Origin: the human T2T-CHM13v2.0 reference genome, Homo sapiens
Assembly: GCF_009914755.1 (NCBI RefSeq)
Contig: NC_060931.1
Length of the DNA: 64,000 bases
Strand: one strand, 5' to 3'
The position numbers and the translations under genes are program-made. The notes beneath the pieces are model-generated. The model searched no databases. It saw only the letters and a list, made by a program, of their open reading frames with translations, and was not told the DNA's origin. Below are positions 13,049-27,060 of the stretch, one piece after another; position 1 is the first letter of the stretch; every line of letters starts with the position of its first letter.

Positions 13049-14200
13049 CTCACCATTTCGGAAGCTGGCTTTTAATCACTAACTTTTTTCTTCTCCCAAA
13101 AGGTAACTGCTATTCTCACTTCTATCATCATAGGATAGATTTGCTTATTTCTTTTAACTTTATATAAAGTAATTATACATCATATATTACTTCGTGTCTT
13201 GTTTCTTTTGCTTGCTGTTTGCTATGTTAATCTATGTTGTCATAGATAGTGTATTTCATTTATTTGTATGGCTGTGTAGTAGTTCTTTCTATGGCTATGC
13301 CAAAGATCATTTAGCCTTTCTATGGTTTTCGGACATTTGGGTTATTTCCAGTTTGGAGCTATTACAAACTATTACAAATAATGCTACCGTGAATATTCTT
13401 GCATATGACTTTGGTGCCCAATTACCTACATTTCTGTTACGTATACATTTGGTAGGGAAATTGATGGGTCATAAGATAAACATAGTGAGTTTTAATAAAC
13501 AATGCCAGTTTTCCAAAGTGTTTGTATCAATTAACACTTTCATTGGTAGTGACAAGCATTCTTGTTTGCTTGTTCACCTATCTGGTCATGCGATGCTTAA
13601 CAATGGGGATACATTCTGAGAAATGCATTGTTAGGTGATTTTGTTATTGTGCAAACATCACGGAATGTACTTGCACAAATCTAGATAATATAGCCTACTA
13701 CACATCTAGGTTATATGGTACAGCCTACTGCTCCTAGGCTGCAAACCTGTGCAGCGTATTACTGTACTGAATACTGCAGGCAATTGCAAGACAATGTTAA
13801 GTATTTGTGTATCTAAACATAGAAGAGATATAGTAAAAATAGGGTGTTATAATCTGATGGAATCATCATTGTACATGCAAACATCAAAAGGCAGCACAGG
13901 ACTGCATTTGTTATTTTCAGTCTGTTTCAGCCATTCTGGTGGTAAGTAATGTTATCTTATTATGGCTTTACTTTGAAGACTACTGAATTGAACAGATTTT
14001 CGTGTTTAAGAGCATTTGGATATCCTAGTTGGGAAATGCTCATTTGAATCTTTTGACCATTTTTGTTGTTGTTGTTGTCTTTTCCTTATCAAAAATCTTT
14101 CTATATTGAACAAGAGCCTTTTATCTGTTGTATGTGTTGTAAATATCTTAACCCACTCTATGGTTTTCATTTTTACTCTCTTAGTGCTGCTACCTCTTGG
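13049..14200 (-). mobile_element. L1ME-type 3' region (continuation of the ~2640-2738 piece), interrupted by Tigger3a
   Basis: ggacatttgggttatttccagtttggagctattacaaa...gccagttttccaaagtg antisense L1M 3' motifs. Confidence 0.7.
13582..13905. mobile_element. Tigger3a/MER7-type TcMar MITE
   Basis: gtcatgcgatgcttaacaatggggatacattctgagaaatgc...gcctactacacatctaggttatatgg. Confidence 0.85.
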
Positions 14201-14409
14201 GAAGATGATGTGTAACTAACTGGTTATCTCATGCTCTGTTCTTCTCTATTTTTAGAAAGACATTGCTTAAAATTGCTTCTGCTTCTTCCTTAAAATTTGT
14301 TTGATAGAATTCACCAATTAAACCATCTGAACCAGGAGTTTTCCTTCTGAGAAAGTAATTAATTATCAATTTATTTTCTTTAAGACATATGCTAATCAAG
14401 TTATCTTGA

Positions 14410-15595
14410 AGTTTTTTGTGTTATTGCTTATTTTTAGGTCCATATTCAATTTCCAGTTATTTTTTATACAGTGTGCAATAAAGGTTGGGATTCATTTATT
14501 TTCTTCATAAGGATATTTAATTGATCTAGCACAGTTTATTAACAAGAATTTTTTCTCTATGAAGTTACTTTGACAATGTTGTCAAAAATCAATTGTCCAT
14601 ATATTTGTGAGTTTACTTCTGCTCTCTATTCTGTTCCCTTAATCGAAGCTATCCATACACCAATATCATATTTTCATTACTGTAACTTTATGTCATGAAT
14701 TCAAGTGAAGTAAGTCTTCCAACATTGTTCTTTTTCAAAATTGTTTCTATTATTCTAGATCCTTTGCAATCTTTACAAAATAGTTATCTATTTAGGCCAT
14801 CTTTAATTCCTCTCATCAATGCTGTGTAATTTTTAGTATACAGTTTATAAACATACTTTGCTAAATGTATATTTAAATATTCCAGGTTTGTTGATGCTAT
14901 TATATATGGCACTACATTTGTTTTTATTTCTAATTGTTCATTACTATTATTAATATATAGAAATAGAGTTGACTTTTGTATATTGACCTTGTACCTGTGA
15001 CCCCACTAAACTCACGTATTAGTCCTAGTAGGGTTTTTTTTGTAGATTCTTTAGGTGATGATTCATAGGCAATCATGTTTTCTGCAAGGAAAGGCAATTT
15101 TTCTGTTCCAATCTCTTTGCCTTTTATTTTGTTTAAGTCTTATTGCACTGGCTAGGACCTCCAGTATAATATTAAATAGAAATGGTGATAGAAGCCATTC
15201 TCACATTATGAGGAAGGCATTCAGTCTTTCAGCATTAAATATGATGTTAACTACAGATTTTTCATAGATGCCCTTTATCAGGTTGAAGGAAGTTTCCCTC
15301 TATTACTATTTTGAGTGTTTTCATTATGAATGAATGTAGAATTTTTTGTGAAATGCTTTTCTGTATCTATTAGAAAGATCATATAGTATTTCTTTTATAG
15401 TTTTTTAATATGATGAATTATAGTCATTGACTTTTAAATGTCAAACCGACTTTCTATTCTTGAGATAAACCCAACTTATTTATGATGCATCATCTTTACA
15501 GATTGCTTGATTCTACTTGCAAATATTTTTTAAAGGAATCTTGTTTCTATGTTAATAAAATATATTGGTCTGTAATTTTATTTTCTTACAGTATC
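14410..15595 (-). mobile_element. Old L1M ORF2 (RT region) fragment
   Basis: Antisense ORF2 motifs (ctggctaggacctccagtataatattaaatagaaatggtg; ttgcaaatattttt...attggtctgtaatttt). Confidence 0.75.
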
Positions 15596-15599
15596 TTAC

Positions 15600-16130
15600 T
15601 TTAGATATAAAGACGTGTCACTTAAAAGCAAAAGGCTAGAAAGAGATTTATGATGTAAATATTAATCACAAGTAAGCTGGAGTAGCTATATTAATGTAAG
15701 ATAAATAATCATCCAGAACACTGCATATTACTATGAAAAAAAGGGACATTTCTTAATGATAAATAAATAAATTCACTAATAATTTATAATAATAATTAAT
15801 ATGCAAGCACTTAATAACAGAGCTCAAAATCCATGAAGCAAAAATTGGTCATATTGAATGGAGAAACAGACACATTCAAAATTGTAGTTGGAGATTACAA
15901 TAATTGAAGGAGGAATTATACAAAAAATCAGTAAGAATATAGAAGGTTTGAACCACATTAACAATGAACATAATCTAATTGATATTTATATAATACTACA
16001 ACCAACAATAGCAGAATATATATTATTTGGAAGTAGTATGGAATTCACAAGGATGCACCATACACTGGGCCACAAAACAAATGTCAATACATTTAAAGAA
16101 CTGAAATCATTTAGACTATCTTCTAATTTA
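15600..16130 (+). mobile_element. Old L1M ORF2 endonuclease-domain fragment
   Basis: ORF 15888 (...LIDIYIILQPTIAEYILF...HTLGHKT) is L1 EN-like; aagctggagtagctatattaat motif. Confidence 0.75.
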
Positions 16131-16451
16131 TGGACCATCAAAAAAAACTAGGGCTAGACTTCATTATTCAAAAGAGAGCATTATTCAAAAATCTCTAGTA
16201 TTTCTTCATTCAGACAAAAAAGACAAACACATAAATATACTTTCTAATCCACAAAAACAGTGCCATTAAGAATCTATTTCCCTAGATTCGTTCCCATAAA
16301 TAGTATAACTACACTGAAAAAAAACTTGAAAAATCTTAAAGTTTGCGTGCTGCTGTAGGACCATATGAGACTGAAAATCAAATACATAGTCACCCCAAAA
16401 CTGCCAAGCGCTCAGCTAGGCATAACATAACTGACGGCTAGGAGAGAACCC

Positions 16452-17514
16452 TGTTATAGACAAATTAGAAGCCATGTCACCAAATAAAGACTGAGGTGTG
16501 GTCTGTTGTCGGGAAGGTTTGTGCTCCTAAGGAGACGATATGGAGGGGAAACACCTGGCTTCAGTACACTGACACCAGGACCCATGACAGAATTCATATA
16601 CTCCACGTGGGGCAGAAAAAGAGCCCCCCTTCTCTCTGTGAGGAGAAATTGGAGATGAATGATAAAGAAGAGAAAGAGGAAAGTGACATGGGAGCCCAGG
16701 AATCCTCAACCTTGGATAAGGATGGTGTAACTACCGCCCTAAGAAGAGGGGGAGACCAGGCCACTTGCACAGATTTAAATTTCAAGCTGGTAAAATTTAA
16801 GCGTGGTGAACTTAATCAGTGTGATGAGAAAAAGCACTAAGAAGAAGGTGCGGTGTTGTTAGAGATGAGTGGGTGGTCCAGATTTTGAAGCAGAGGACCA
16901 AAGAACAGTTCTTTGCAGACGGTAGAGGGAAATCTAACCAAGATCTTATCTGACCTGTGATGAGCGGGATGAGCCTATGGGGCTCACCGCACATCCTGCT
17001 CTCCCCCATCCCTCACCCACTTATTTCTTAGCCTTGAGTAGAGCTTCAGGCTGAGAAGGAAAAGGGGCTTTTTTCTTCTTTGTCTTTTTAGCAGAACCCT
17101 GACAAAAGTTACGCTAAATGAGGTCAATATGGCAGTATGAAGGTATTGAGTTTTCATGCAGATTCCATTTGCCCCAAATGAGTAACAATCTGCAGATTAA
17201 GGAAAAGGAGCCAGATTCTGGGGAAAAGGATGAAAAAGAAAAAATTACACATTCTTGATTGAGTAAAGAAGAAGGAAGATTTTTCCCTCAAGGCTGACTA
17301 AGGCTTGGACGTTTGGGATAGTCTTGTCAGCCTGGATAAAAGGATACACACATACCAACTAGCTGTGAGGACAAACTGAAGAGAGCAAAGGTACCACTTC
17401 CAAATCCCTACACTCCTCTAGATTCATTTAGTGTTGGAAGATATGGCTTAATCTGAAATAAAGAACATTTGTTTACATTCTATTGGACTCGTGTGTGTGC
17501 TTGTCAACTGAACA
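16452..17514 (+). mobile_element. Possible ancient solo LTR (Gypsy/ERVL-like; family not assigned)
   Basis: TG...CA-bounded GC-richer block in AT-rich flanks; TATA-like gataaaagg ~17336; AATAAA 17457-17462 about 50 nt before the terminal ACA; no TSD visible. Confidence 0.35.
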
Positions 17515-17787
17515 AGAAGTCAGTTAATAATTATTTAATACTTGCTTAATAATTTACTATACCACCCCTACTTCCACTATTAAAGATGTTGTATTAGACT
17601 AATTACTAAATATCTCCTAAAAATAATATCCTTGACAGCATACGAGACTGTGTGTTTATCAACTTTCTGCCATCTTACATTCTATACTCAGCATTATTAT
17701 TGTATTTTTAAAACAAGTTATTGACCCTACTTTTGGATCAGTAATATCTGGAACTTTTCCAGACTCTAGATTTAGGAATTAAAACAT

Positions 17788-18232
17788 TGTGGCAGAGACA
17801 GCCAATTGTCCATCAGAACACAGATCGCTTTCTGTATGATTGACTTGCACCTGGGTCTTGGCTGCTCTGCTAGAAATGACATTTCCTGGCCCCTCTTTCA
17901 GCTAGATGTGGTCACATGACCAAGTTCCCTAGTGAAGTGTGTATAGAAGAGACATGTTCTGCTTCAACATCTAGGTGATAAGACACTGAGCTTGTACACT
18001 CCTTTCATGTGACCCAGCTTCTACCACACATAGGAAGACTGGGATCTGACAAAACCAGAGGTTGCAAGGAACCTGAGGGAGTGCACACCTTGAGCACAGG
18101 TCCCTGTTGTCCACTAGCCTGACTGCTCACCTCAGCCATATAGCATGAGAGGAATGTGCCTCTGTTGCCTTTAATCCACTGTATTTTGGAACCATTTGAT
18201 TATACTGTTCCAACCTTTGACCAAACTTATAA
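17788..18232 (+). mobile_element. MLT1 (I/J-like) MaLR solo LTR
   Basis: tgtggcagagac start; cagctagatgtggtcacatgacc core; tttaatccactgtattttgg near the end. Confidence 0.7.
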
Positions 18233-20567
18233 AGCAAATTTTAGTAAAAGTAGAGTGACTTGGCAGGTGTGAGAGTTTTACTTTTTTCTGATTTTCCATT
18301 TAGTAAATTAATAACCTAAATGATTAACTCTTTTTTTTTCAAATTAACAAAGGCATCATAATTTTTCACAGTTCAAAATGGAATAGAAGTGCTTCTTAGC
18401 ACCTCTTGGAATCATGAGATTAGTTCTTTTTAAAAAAATTCTAAATGACAAAGGAAAATTGTATATGTTTATTGTACATAACATGATGTTTGGATATATG
18501 TATATATTATGAAATGCTTTAATTAAGCTAATTAACCAATGTATTACTTCACATACTTATCCTTTTTTGTAGCGAATCATTTAAAAATCTATTTCCTTAG
18601 CAATTTTCAAGTATATGAGAAACAGTTATTAAATATAGTTACCGTGTTGTAAAATAGATCTCTTGAATGTAATCCTCCTGATAAACTGAAATTTTTTACC
18701 CTTTGAGCAATGTCTTCCCAATCTCCTCCTCTATCCCTCCAACCCCTGGCAACCATCATTTTTCTTTTTTTTTTTTTTTTTTTACTCTGTGCTAGTATGA
18801 GTTCATCTTTTTTTAGATTCTGCATATAAGTAAAATCATGCACCATTTGTTTTTCTGTGTCTGGCTTATTTCATTTAACACAATGTCCTTCAGATTCATC
18901 TATGTGGTAACAAATGACAGAATTTTTTTCTTTTTAAAGGATGAATTGTATTCCATTGTGTATATAAGCCACATTTTCTTTACTCATTCATCCACTGATG
19001 AACATTTACATTGTTTCCATATGTTGACTATTGTAAATAGTGCTGTAATGAACATGATAATGCTGATATCTCTTCAACATACTGATTTTATTGTGTGTAC
19101 ATATGTATACACATATATAAGTAAATATATTTAATTAGCAGTATTTATTTAAGTCTTTAATCCATTTTGAGTCTATTTTTGCATATTGTGGGAGAAGAGT
19201 CTAATTTAATTCTTCTGCATGTCGATATCCAGTTTTTCCAACACCATTTATTGAAGAGACTGTCCATTCCTCACTGCGCGTTCTTGACATCTTTGTTGAA
19301 AATCAATTGGCCATAAATTTGTGGATTTATTTTTAGGTTCTCTATTCTGTTTCATTGGTCCATGTGTCTATTTTTATGCCCATACCATGCTATTTTGGTT
19401 ACTATAGTTTTGTAGTAGATTTTGAAATAAAGTAGTGTGATGCCTCCAGCTTTGTTCTTTTTGCTCAAGATTGCTTTGACTATTCAGAATCTTTTATGAT
19501 TCCACACAAATTTTAGGATTATGTTCTTCTATTTCTGTGAAAACGTCATTGAAATTTTGAAAGAGATTGCATCGAATTTGTAGATCACTTTGGATAATAT
19601 GGACATTTTAACAATATTAACTCTTCCAATCTATGAACATGAGATATCTTTCCATTTATTTGTGTCTTCTTTAATTTCTTTCATCAATGCTTTATAGTTT
19701 TTAGTGTACAGTATTTCATCTTCTTGGTTATACTTATTCCTAAGTAATTTATTTATTTTGTAGCTCTCGTAAATGGGTTTTTTTATTTCTTTTTTGAATA
19801 GTTCATTGTTAGTATGCAGAAAGGCTACTCATTTTGTATGTTGATTTTGTATCCTGCAACTTTACTGAATTCTTTTATTAGTTCTATCAGTTTTTTGTTA
19901 GAGTCTTTAGGGTCTCTTATGTGTAAGATTATGTCATCTGCAAACAGAAACAATTTAACTTCTTTCTTTTCATTTGGGATGGCTATATTTCTTTCTCTTG
20001 CCCAACTGCTCAGGCCAGGGCTTCCAGTACGTTATTGAATAGAAGTGATGAGAGCGGGTATCCTTGCTTCATACCAGGTCTTACAGGAAAAACTTTCAAT
20101 TTTTACCTGTTGAGTATGATGTTAGCTGTGGGCTTGTCATACATGGCCTCTATTGCATTGAGGTACATTCCTTCTATACTTAATGTGTTAAGAGTTTTTA
20201 TCACAAAAGGGTGTTGAATTTGTCAGGTATTCTTCTGTATTTATCGAGATATCATATAGTGTTTGTTCTTCATTAAGTTAATGTGGTATATCACATTTAT
20301 TGATGTATGTTTGTTGAAGCATACTTGCATCCCGTAAATCCCAGTTGATCATGGTGAATGATTTTTAAAATGTGCTATGGCATTTGCATTCAGTTTGCTA
20401 GTATTTTGTTGAGGGTTTTGCATCTGTGTTTATTAGAGATGTTCGTCTATTTTCTTTTCTTGTAATGTCCTTGTCTGGCTTTGGTATCAGGGAAATCCTG
20501 GCCTTGTAATATGAATTTGGAAATATGCATCTTCAATTTTTTGAAAGAGTTTGAGAAATATCAGTAA

Positions 20568-20963
<396 letters not shown>

Positions 20964-22737
20964 TTGATGGAATACTTTCTATAACTAATTCAATCTTCTT
21001 ACTAATTATTGGTCTACTCAGGTTTTCTATTTCTTCGTGATTCAGTCTCGGTAAAGGGTATATTTCCAGAAATTTATCCATTTCTTCTAGGTTACCCAAT
21101 TAATTGGTGTATAATTGTTCATAGCAGTATCTTACGGTCCTTTGTATTTCTGTGGTATCAGTTGTAATGTGTCCTCTTTAATTTCTGGTTTTATTTGTTT
21201 GAGTCCTCTCTCTTTTTCTCTTGGTTTAGTTAAAGATTTGTTGATTTTATCTTTTTTGTTTTTAAGCAACTTTTAGTTTCATTGATCTTTTCTGTTGTTT
21301 TTCTAGTCTCTATTTCATTTATTTCTGGCTCAATCTTTGTTATTTACTTCCTTCTGTTAACTTTGGGCTTAGTGTGTTCTTCTTTTTCTAATTATTTGAG
21401 GTGTAATGTTAGGTTGTTTATTTGAGATCTTTCTTCTTTTTAGATGGAGACATTTATTGCTATAAATTCCCTCTTAGTATTGCTTTTGCTGCAATCCATA
21501 AGTTTTGGTAAGTTGTGTTTCCGTTTTTACTTGCCTCAGGATATTTCTTTAATTTCTCTTTTTGTTTCTTCTTTGACCCATTGGTTGTTCAAGAACATGT
21601 TTAATTTCTATGCATTTATGAATTTTCAGAAATTCTTCCTATTACTAATTTTTAGCTTAATCTGTTATAGTTGGAAAAAATATTTGATATGATTTCAATC
21701 TTCTTAAATTTATTAAGAGTATTTTTGTGGCCTAACATGTAATCTATCCTGCAGAATGTTTTGTGTGAACTCTAGAAGAATATGAATTCTACTGCTGTTC
21801 AATGGAAGGTTCTGCATATGTCTGTTAGGTCTTTTTGGTCTAAAGTACAGTTCAAGTCCAATGTTTATTTATTGATTTTCTGTCTGAATGATCTGTCCAT
21901 TGTTGCAAGTAGAATACTGAGGTCTCCTACTATTATTGTATTGCAGTCCATCTCTCCCTTCAGAGAGATATTTGCTTATTATATTTAGGTGCATGTTGGT
22001 TGAATGTATATATATTTGAAATTATTTTATCTTATCAAGGAATTGATCATCTTATTATATATGGACTTTGTCTCTTTTTACAGTTTTTGACTTAAAGTCT
22101 TTTTATCTGATATCAGTATAGCTATCTCATTCTCTTTCAGTTTCCATTTGCATGAAATATCCTTTTCCATCCCTTCACTTTCAATCTATGTATGTCCTTA
22201 TAGGTAAGGTGAGTCTTTTATAGGCAGCATATATTTTGATTTTAAAAATTTAACCTATTTACATTCAAGATAATTATTGATAGGTAAGGACTCCCTACTG
22301 CCATTTTGTGAATTGTTTTCTGGTTGTTTTGTAGATACTTTGTTCCTCTCTTCCTCTCTGCTGTCTTCCTTTGTGATTGTGATTAGATGATTTTTTGTTA
22401 ATGATATGCTTTGATTCCTTACTTTTTATCTTTTGTGTAATATAGATTTTTGCTTCATGGTTATATGAGGCTTACATAAAACACCTTTCATTTATGATAT
22501 TTCAAGCTGATGACAACTAAATATCTCTTGCATATGAAAACTTTGCACTCTTACTCTTCTCTTCCACATTTGTGCTTTTGATGTCATAATACACATCTTT
22601 TTATATTGTGTATTCCTTAACAAATTATTATATCTATTATTATTTTAATAGTTTTGTCTTTTAACCTTCATACTAAAGATGTAAATGATTTATATACCAA
22701 CACTAAAATATTGGAGTATTCTGAATTTGACTGAGTA

Positions 22738-23074
22738 CAGTTGTCCCTCAGTATCTGTGGTGGATTGTTTTTCAGGACTCCCCATGGATATCAGAATCCA
22801 TGGATGCTCAAGTTCCTTACAAAAAATGGTGTATTATTTGCTTATTACCTATGAACATCATCACATATACTTTAAATCATCCTTATGATACTTATAACAC
22901 ATAATACAAGGTAAACACTATGTAAATAGCTGTTGTACTGATTATTTTTGGAATAATGACAAAGAAAAACGTCTGTTCATGCTCAGTACAGATGCTTTTT
23001 TTTCCCTAACCATTGTTGATCCACAGTTAGTTGAGTCCATGAATGCGGAACTCCTGGATACAAAGTGCCAACTC
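22738..23074 (+). mobile_element. MER2 (TcMar-Tigger MITE)
   Basis: TA-flanked cagttgtccctcagtatc...gatacaaagtgccaactc terminal inverted repeats. Confidence 0.85.
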
Positions 23075-24493
23075 TACTTGTTTTTATACTTTCATATGGT
23101 GGTATGTTACTAATTAGTACCTTTTTTTCTTGGCTTGAAGAATTCCCTTTAGTATTTCTTGTAAGGCAGGTCTAGTAATGATGAACTCCCTCAGCTTTTG
23201 TTTGTCTGGGAAAGTCTTTTTCATGATATCCATTCTTGTCAAATCATAGAACCATCAAATTTTATAACCTTGTTGCTGGAAGTGACTAAAGAAGTGTAGT
23301 GTCCTCAGTGAGGAGGTGACTTGGCCAATGTCTCAAAAATTTGCTCAAAAATAAATATTAAAAGTGATAGTATCTTCCTACCCACCCAGGTGCACCTTCC
23401 TACCTACCAGGTGCACTTGTGTGGGCATGTGTGTGTGCTTGTGTGAACACACACACACACACTTTATCTTTCTCACTTCTTCACAGAAAAAAGCCCCTCC
23501 TCTCCGCCATTTAGGAAAGGTCAAAACTTTCCACAAAGAGAAGGCCAAAGGTTATTACACAAATGAAAAAAAAATGAAAACTGAAAAAAAAAAAGTGTAG
23601 ACTGAAGTTAAAAGAAGCTCTATCCTAAGAGGTCATTTTTAGTAAGTGTAGTTTCCACTGACTCTAGAAACTCCATTCTCCATTGGCTTTGTAATTGTTA
23701 ATCATTCATAACTACTGTCAGGCAGCTTGCTGCTAGAACTGATATGTTTTTCTTCCTTACCACCCACTGCTACAAAGGAGTCCATAAACATTGTTTGTGA
23801 GTCTGACCATGTTTCAGATTCAAAGCTGGTGTAATTTTGAAGACCACCATTGGTAGGAATACAAACTTCGACATTGATGCCTGACTAATGTCTTAAAAAG
23901 GGCCAGTGCATATAGCAGAGGCTGGGGATGCAGTGCAGTGGGTGGAGTGAAACCACGGGAGGGAGGACAAATACAAAAGGCACAGTATCATGGTTAGTGG
24001 GAGGCCAGAGACCTAGGCTAATCATCCAGGACAAGAGTAGGTGGCAGGGAGAAAATGGCTGAAAGTGAATGTCGGGGGGCACTCTGAAGATGTAATTGTA
24101 TCATTGTGTCCTGCTCATTTTACCCCCTCGCTGTACTTATCGTCTTGGGTTTAATGTGCTGGTTTTTACTGTCAGTGCCCCAGGTTTTGATTTCTAGAGA
24201 GACGGCTATCAAGAGGTGTGTTTGTGTTACTATGGGGTAGCTTTTAGAGACTCCTTCTGACATAGAATATTATATATATATTTTTTCTTCCTTTTAGTGT
24301 CTCTTGAAGTAATTATGTTTCTCCACTGCCTTTTTGTGCAGCTTTCTTCCTTTAACACTAACAGCTGAACAGCTGTTACTATTTTGTCTTACCGTCCTCC
24401 AAAATCAGAAACAGAGAATTAAAAAAAAATACCCCCTGGTGAAATGAAAATCTATTAGAACACAGTTCTAAATAATAAAGTCTTCACAAAATT

Positions 24494-24655
24494 TAATGAT
24501 AGTGCTCATAGTGTATGTGAATGTTTTCTAAGTGCTTCTTATGTGCTAACACATTTAATTTTCAGGCCAATCTAGTGAGGTGGGTTCTGTTAACATCCCC
24601 ATTTTACAAATGAGGAACTTGAGGCACAAAAAAACTAATCTGACTGAGGTCAAGT
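24494..24655 (-). mobile_element. MIR
   Basis: ccccattttacaaatgaggaacttgaggcac core. Confidence 0.75.
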
Positions 24656-24769
24656 AAATATTTATTGTGGCCCAAATTACAATTCTGATAAGTTTGTGCA
24701 TGAAACACAGCTCTGTTTCTTGGCTTTAGCAGACCTGATAAAACCCCAAAGTTCGTTCCATGATGGTTG

Positions 24770-24920
24770 TATAGCAAGTGAAGCATTTGAGCTCTTTTAT
24801 CAAACATCTGAGTTAGGTTCTGGCTTTACTTATTACAATCTGTGCAATTTTGAGCAAGTCACTTAACCTCTCTGAGCCTCAGCTTTCCTCTGTATCAGCC
24901 ATGAAATAACGATAATGGTC
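24770..24920 (+). mobile_element. MIR
   Basis: gcaagtcacttaacctctctgagcctcag core. Confidence 0.75.
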
Positions 24921-25084
24921 TCTAATACACCAGGAAGAGCTTAGCAGTACTAGAAAGCTGTATCTCTGTTGTCTGGCATATGGTAGGTGCTTCATCAGTA
25001 TTTATGCTAATTTTAGAGTTTCCTGACTACCTGTCCCTTTTCTGTTTGTTTTCTGTTTATTTGGAACTTCTTCCCAGGACACTT

Positions 25085-25120
25085 TCTCTCTCTCTCTCTC
25101 TCTCTCTCCATCTCTCTCTC
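25085..25120. repeat. (CT)n microsatellite, interrupted
   Basis: Seen directly. Confidence 0.9.
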
Positions 25121-26809
25121 CCCCTCCACTCTATCATAGAAATAAAATATAAAATATACTCATTGGATTTGTTGAACGAAACTTGGATTCTACTAATTTG
25201 TTGACCTGAAATGTTTCAGAAATGATTTTTCTCAAAATACACAAATGTATTTTTATTTATAGTTCTTTTACTGTAAAGAAAAAAAGACTTTTAGACTCTT
25301 GATGATAATTCACCCGATTTAACATGATTCTCTATGACCTTATTTATATTTGACAAGTTAGAATGTTAAGAAAATATTTGAACAGTTCAGCAATTTATCT
25401 CCATCAACATGAGCCTTTTATAGGTGCGAGGGGAAGTTTAACTTGAAAATGATGAATATTAAGAAGATCAAAGTGATAAAAGACATCAGTTTTAAACAGC
25501 CTGTGATATTTAATCTTCTATGACTTTTAGTCCATATGGTAAGAAAATTTTAGTAAAAAACAGTCTAGTTAAAAAGAAACTTAATTATAAATTCACTAAC
25601 AAAATATAAAAAATTAAAATTGAGTTTTAAAAGTACTCTGAACAATCATTTATTCACTGGTATTAAATAGTTTTATGCAAGCTGAAAAAAGAAAAGCAAA
25701 AAGTGACCGCAAGACCAATGACAAATGGAAATACACAAATTTTTAAAAATGTTTATGAATTATCCTTTATCAACTTCAGACCATTATTCAAAATTCACAC
25801 ACACATACATATATATTTGCAACAATAAAGGGTCCAATCTAAAATATCAATTTGGACATCTTTCAAAATTTGGCAGACACATCCAAGAGGCAAAGAAATG
25901 GTTCTTTTCTTAAATGAGACCATTAGGACATTAAAGTCTTCCTTGTGTGCAAATTGGTTTTCATGATAAAAACTTAAATGAAAAGAGGATCTCTTTCTTT
26001 CAGTATCCTCTCATAAACTATTTAAACATATTTTACAGTTAGGCCACATATTTTTAATATCATCTGGTCAATAATGTGAATTGTATCATCCTCCACAAAG
26101 AATTTCACCTTAATACCTAGTAAAAGTAGAAGAAAAAGGACTGGGGGTGGCAAGGGCACCACTGGCGACCTGGCTCTACCCCCTCATCATTAGCAGGAAA
26201 GCATCTCCCCGGAGGATATACTTGGAGGTTATACTGCCCCAGATGAGTTCCAGGGAAGACTGTAGTATATTATTATAAGATCCCTGGGGAGGGATTTCTT
26301 CATGGCTCATTGCATCTCAGTGGAGCCCTAAGTGGTCTGTGCTGGATGTAGTGTTCAGGAGAAGAACACAATACATGGTATTTATCCAGAGAGGAAGAGG
26401 GCACAATTATCGTCATTCATCCTGGCTTCATCCTTATCCTTTGTGTGCCTTATAACAAGGAGGTGCAGCACCTTACCCATTCGAAGCTTATTGTTCTTAA
26501 TATCCACTATCGTTCCTAATACCATAACCACTGTCAACGGATAAGATTTAGTGTATATTTGAGGAGTTTTCAAAAGGAAAACGCTTATAAGAGAAACTTC
26601 TGTTGTTTTTCAATGACTTATTGCTGTCACTGAACTATTCTGGGTATCTGGCAGATGTGTTGCAACACATAACAAATATTCATCATAGAGCCATTAAAAA
26701 TAAGGTTACATTCAAAAGAAAAAATGTTATCATGTAATCACTCAAAATATCCACCATTAATGTTCTGGGGCAACTTTTCAGTCTTTGTTTCTATCCACAC
26801 CTATATACT

Positions 26810-27060
26810 AATAACAATATCTAATATTCATTTAGAGTTTACTTGGTTCCAATCACTATACCAAGTTCTTTATGAACATAATTTCATTTAATTCTTATTA
26901 CAATCTCAACCGATGGGCACTATTATGCAGATTTTACAAATAAAGATATTGAGGCTTAAAGAGTTTAAGCAATTTGCACAGAATCACACAGCTAGTTAAT
27001 CATAGGAACTAGTTTTAATCCAGGTATGCATGACTCCAAAGCTTGAGTTGTTAACCCCTA
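26810..27060 (-). mobile_element. MIR
   Basis: attttacaaataaagatattgaggcttaaagagtttaagcaatttgc...gactccaaagc. Confidence 0.7.

Noticed and set aside
16496-16840. 114-aa ORF with an acidic stretch as a processed pseudogene
   Set aside because: GTG start, no recognisable protein, no poly(A) tail or TSD; an LTR-like origin fits better.
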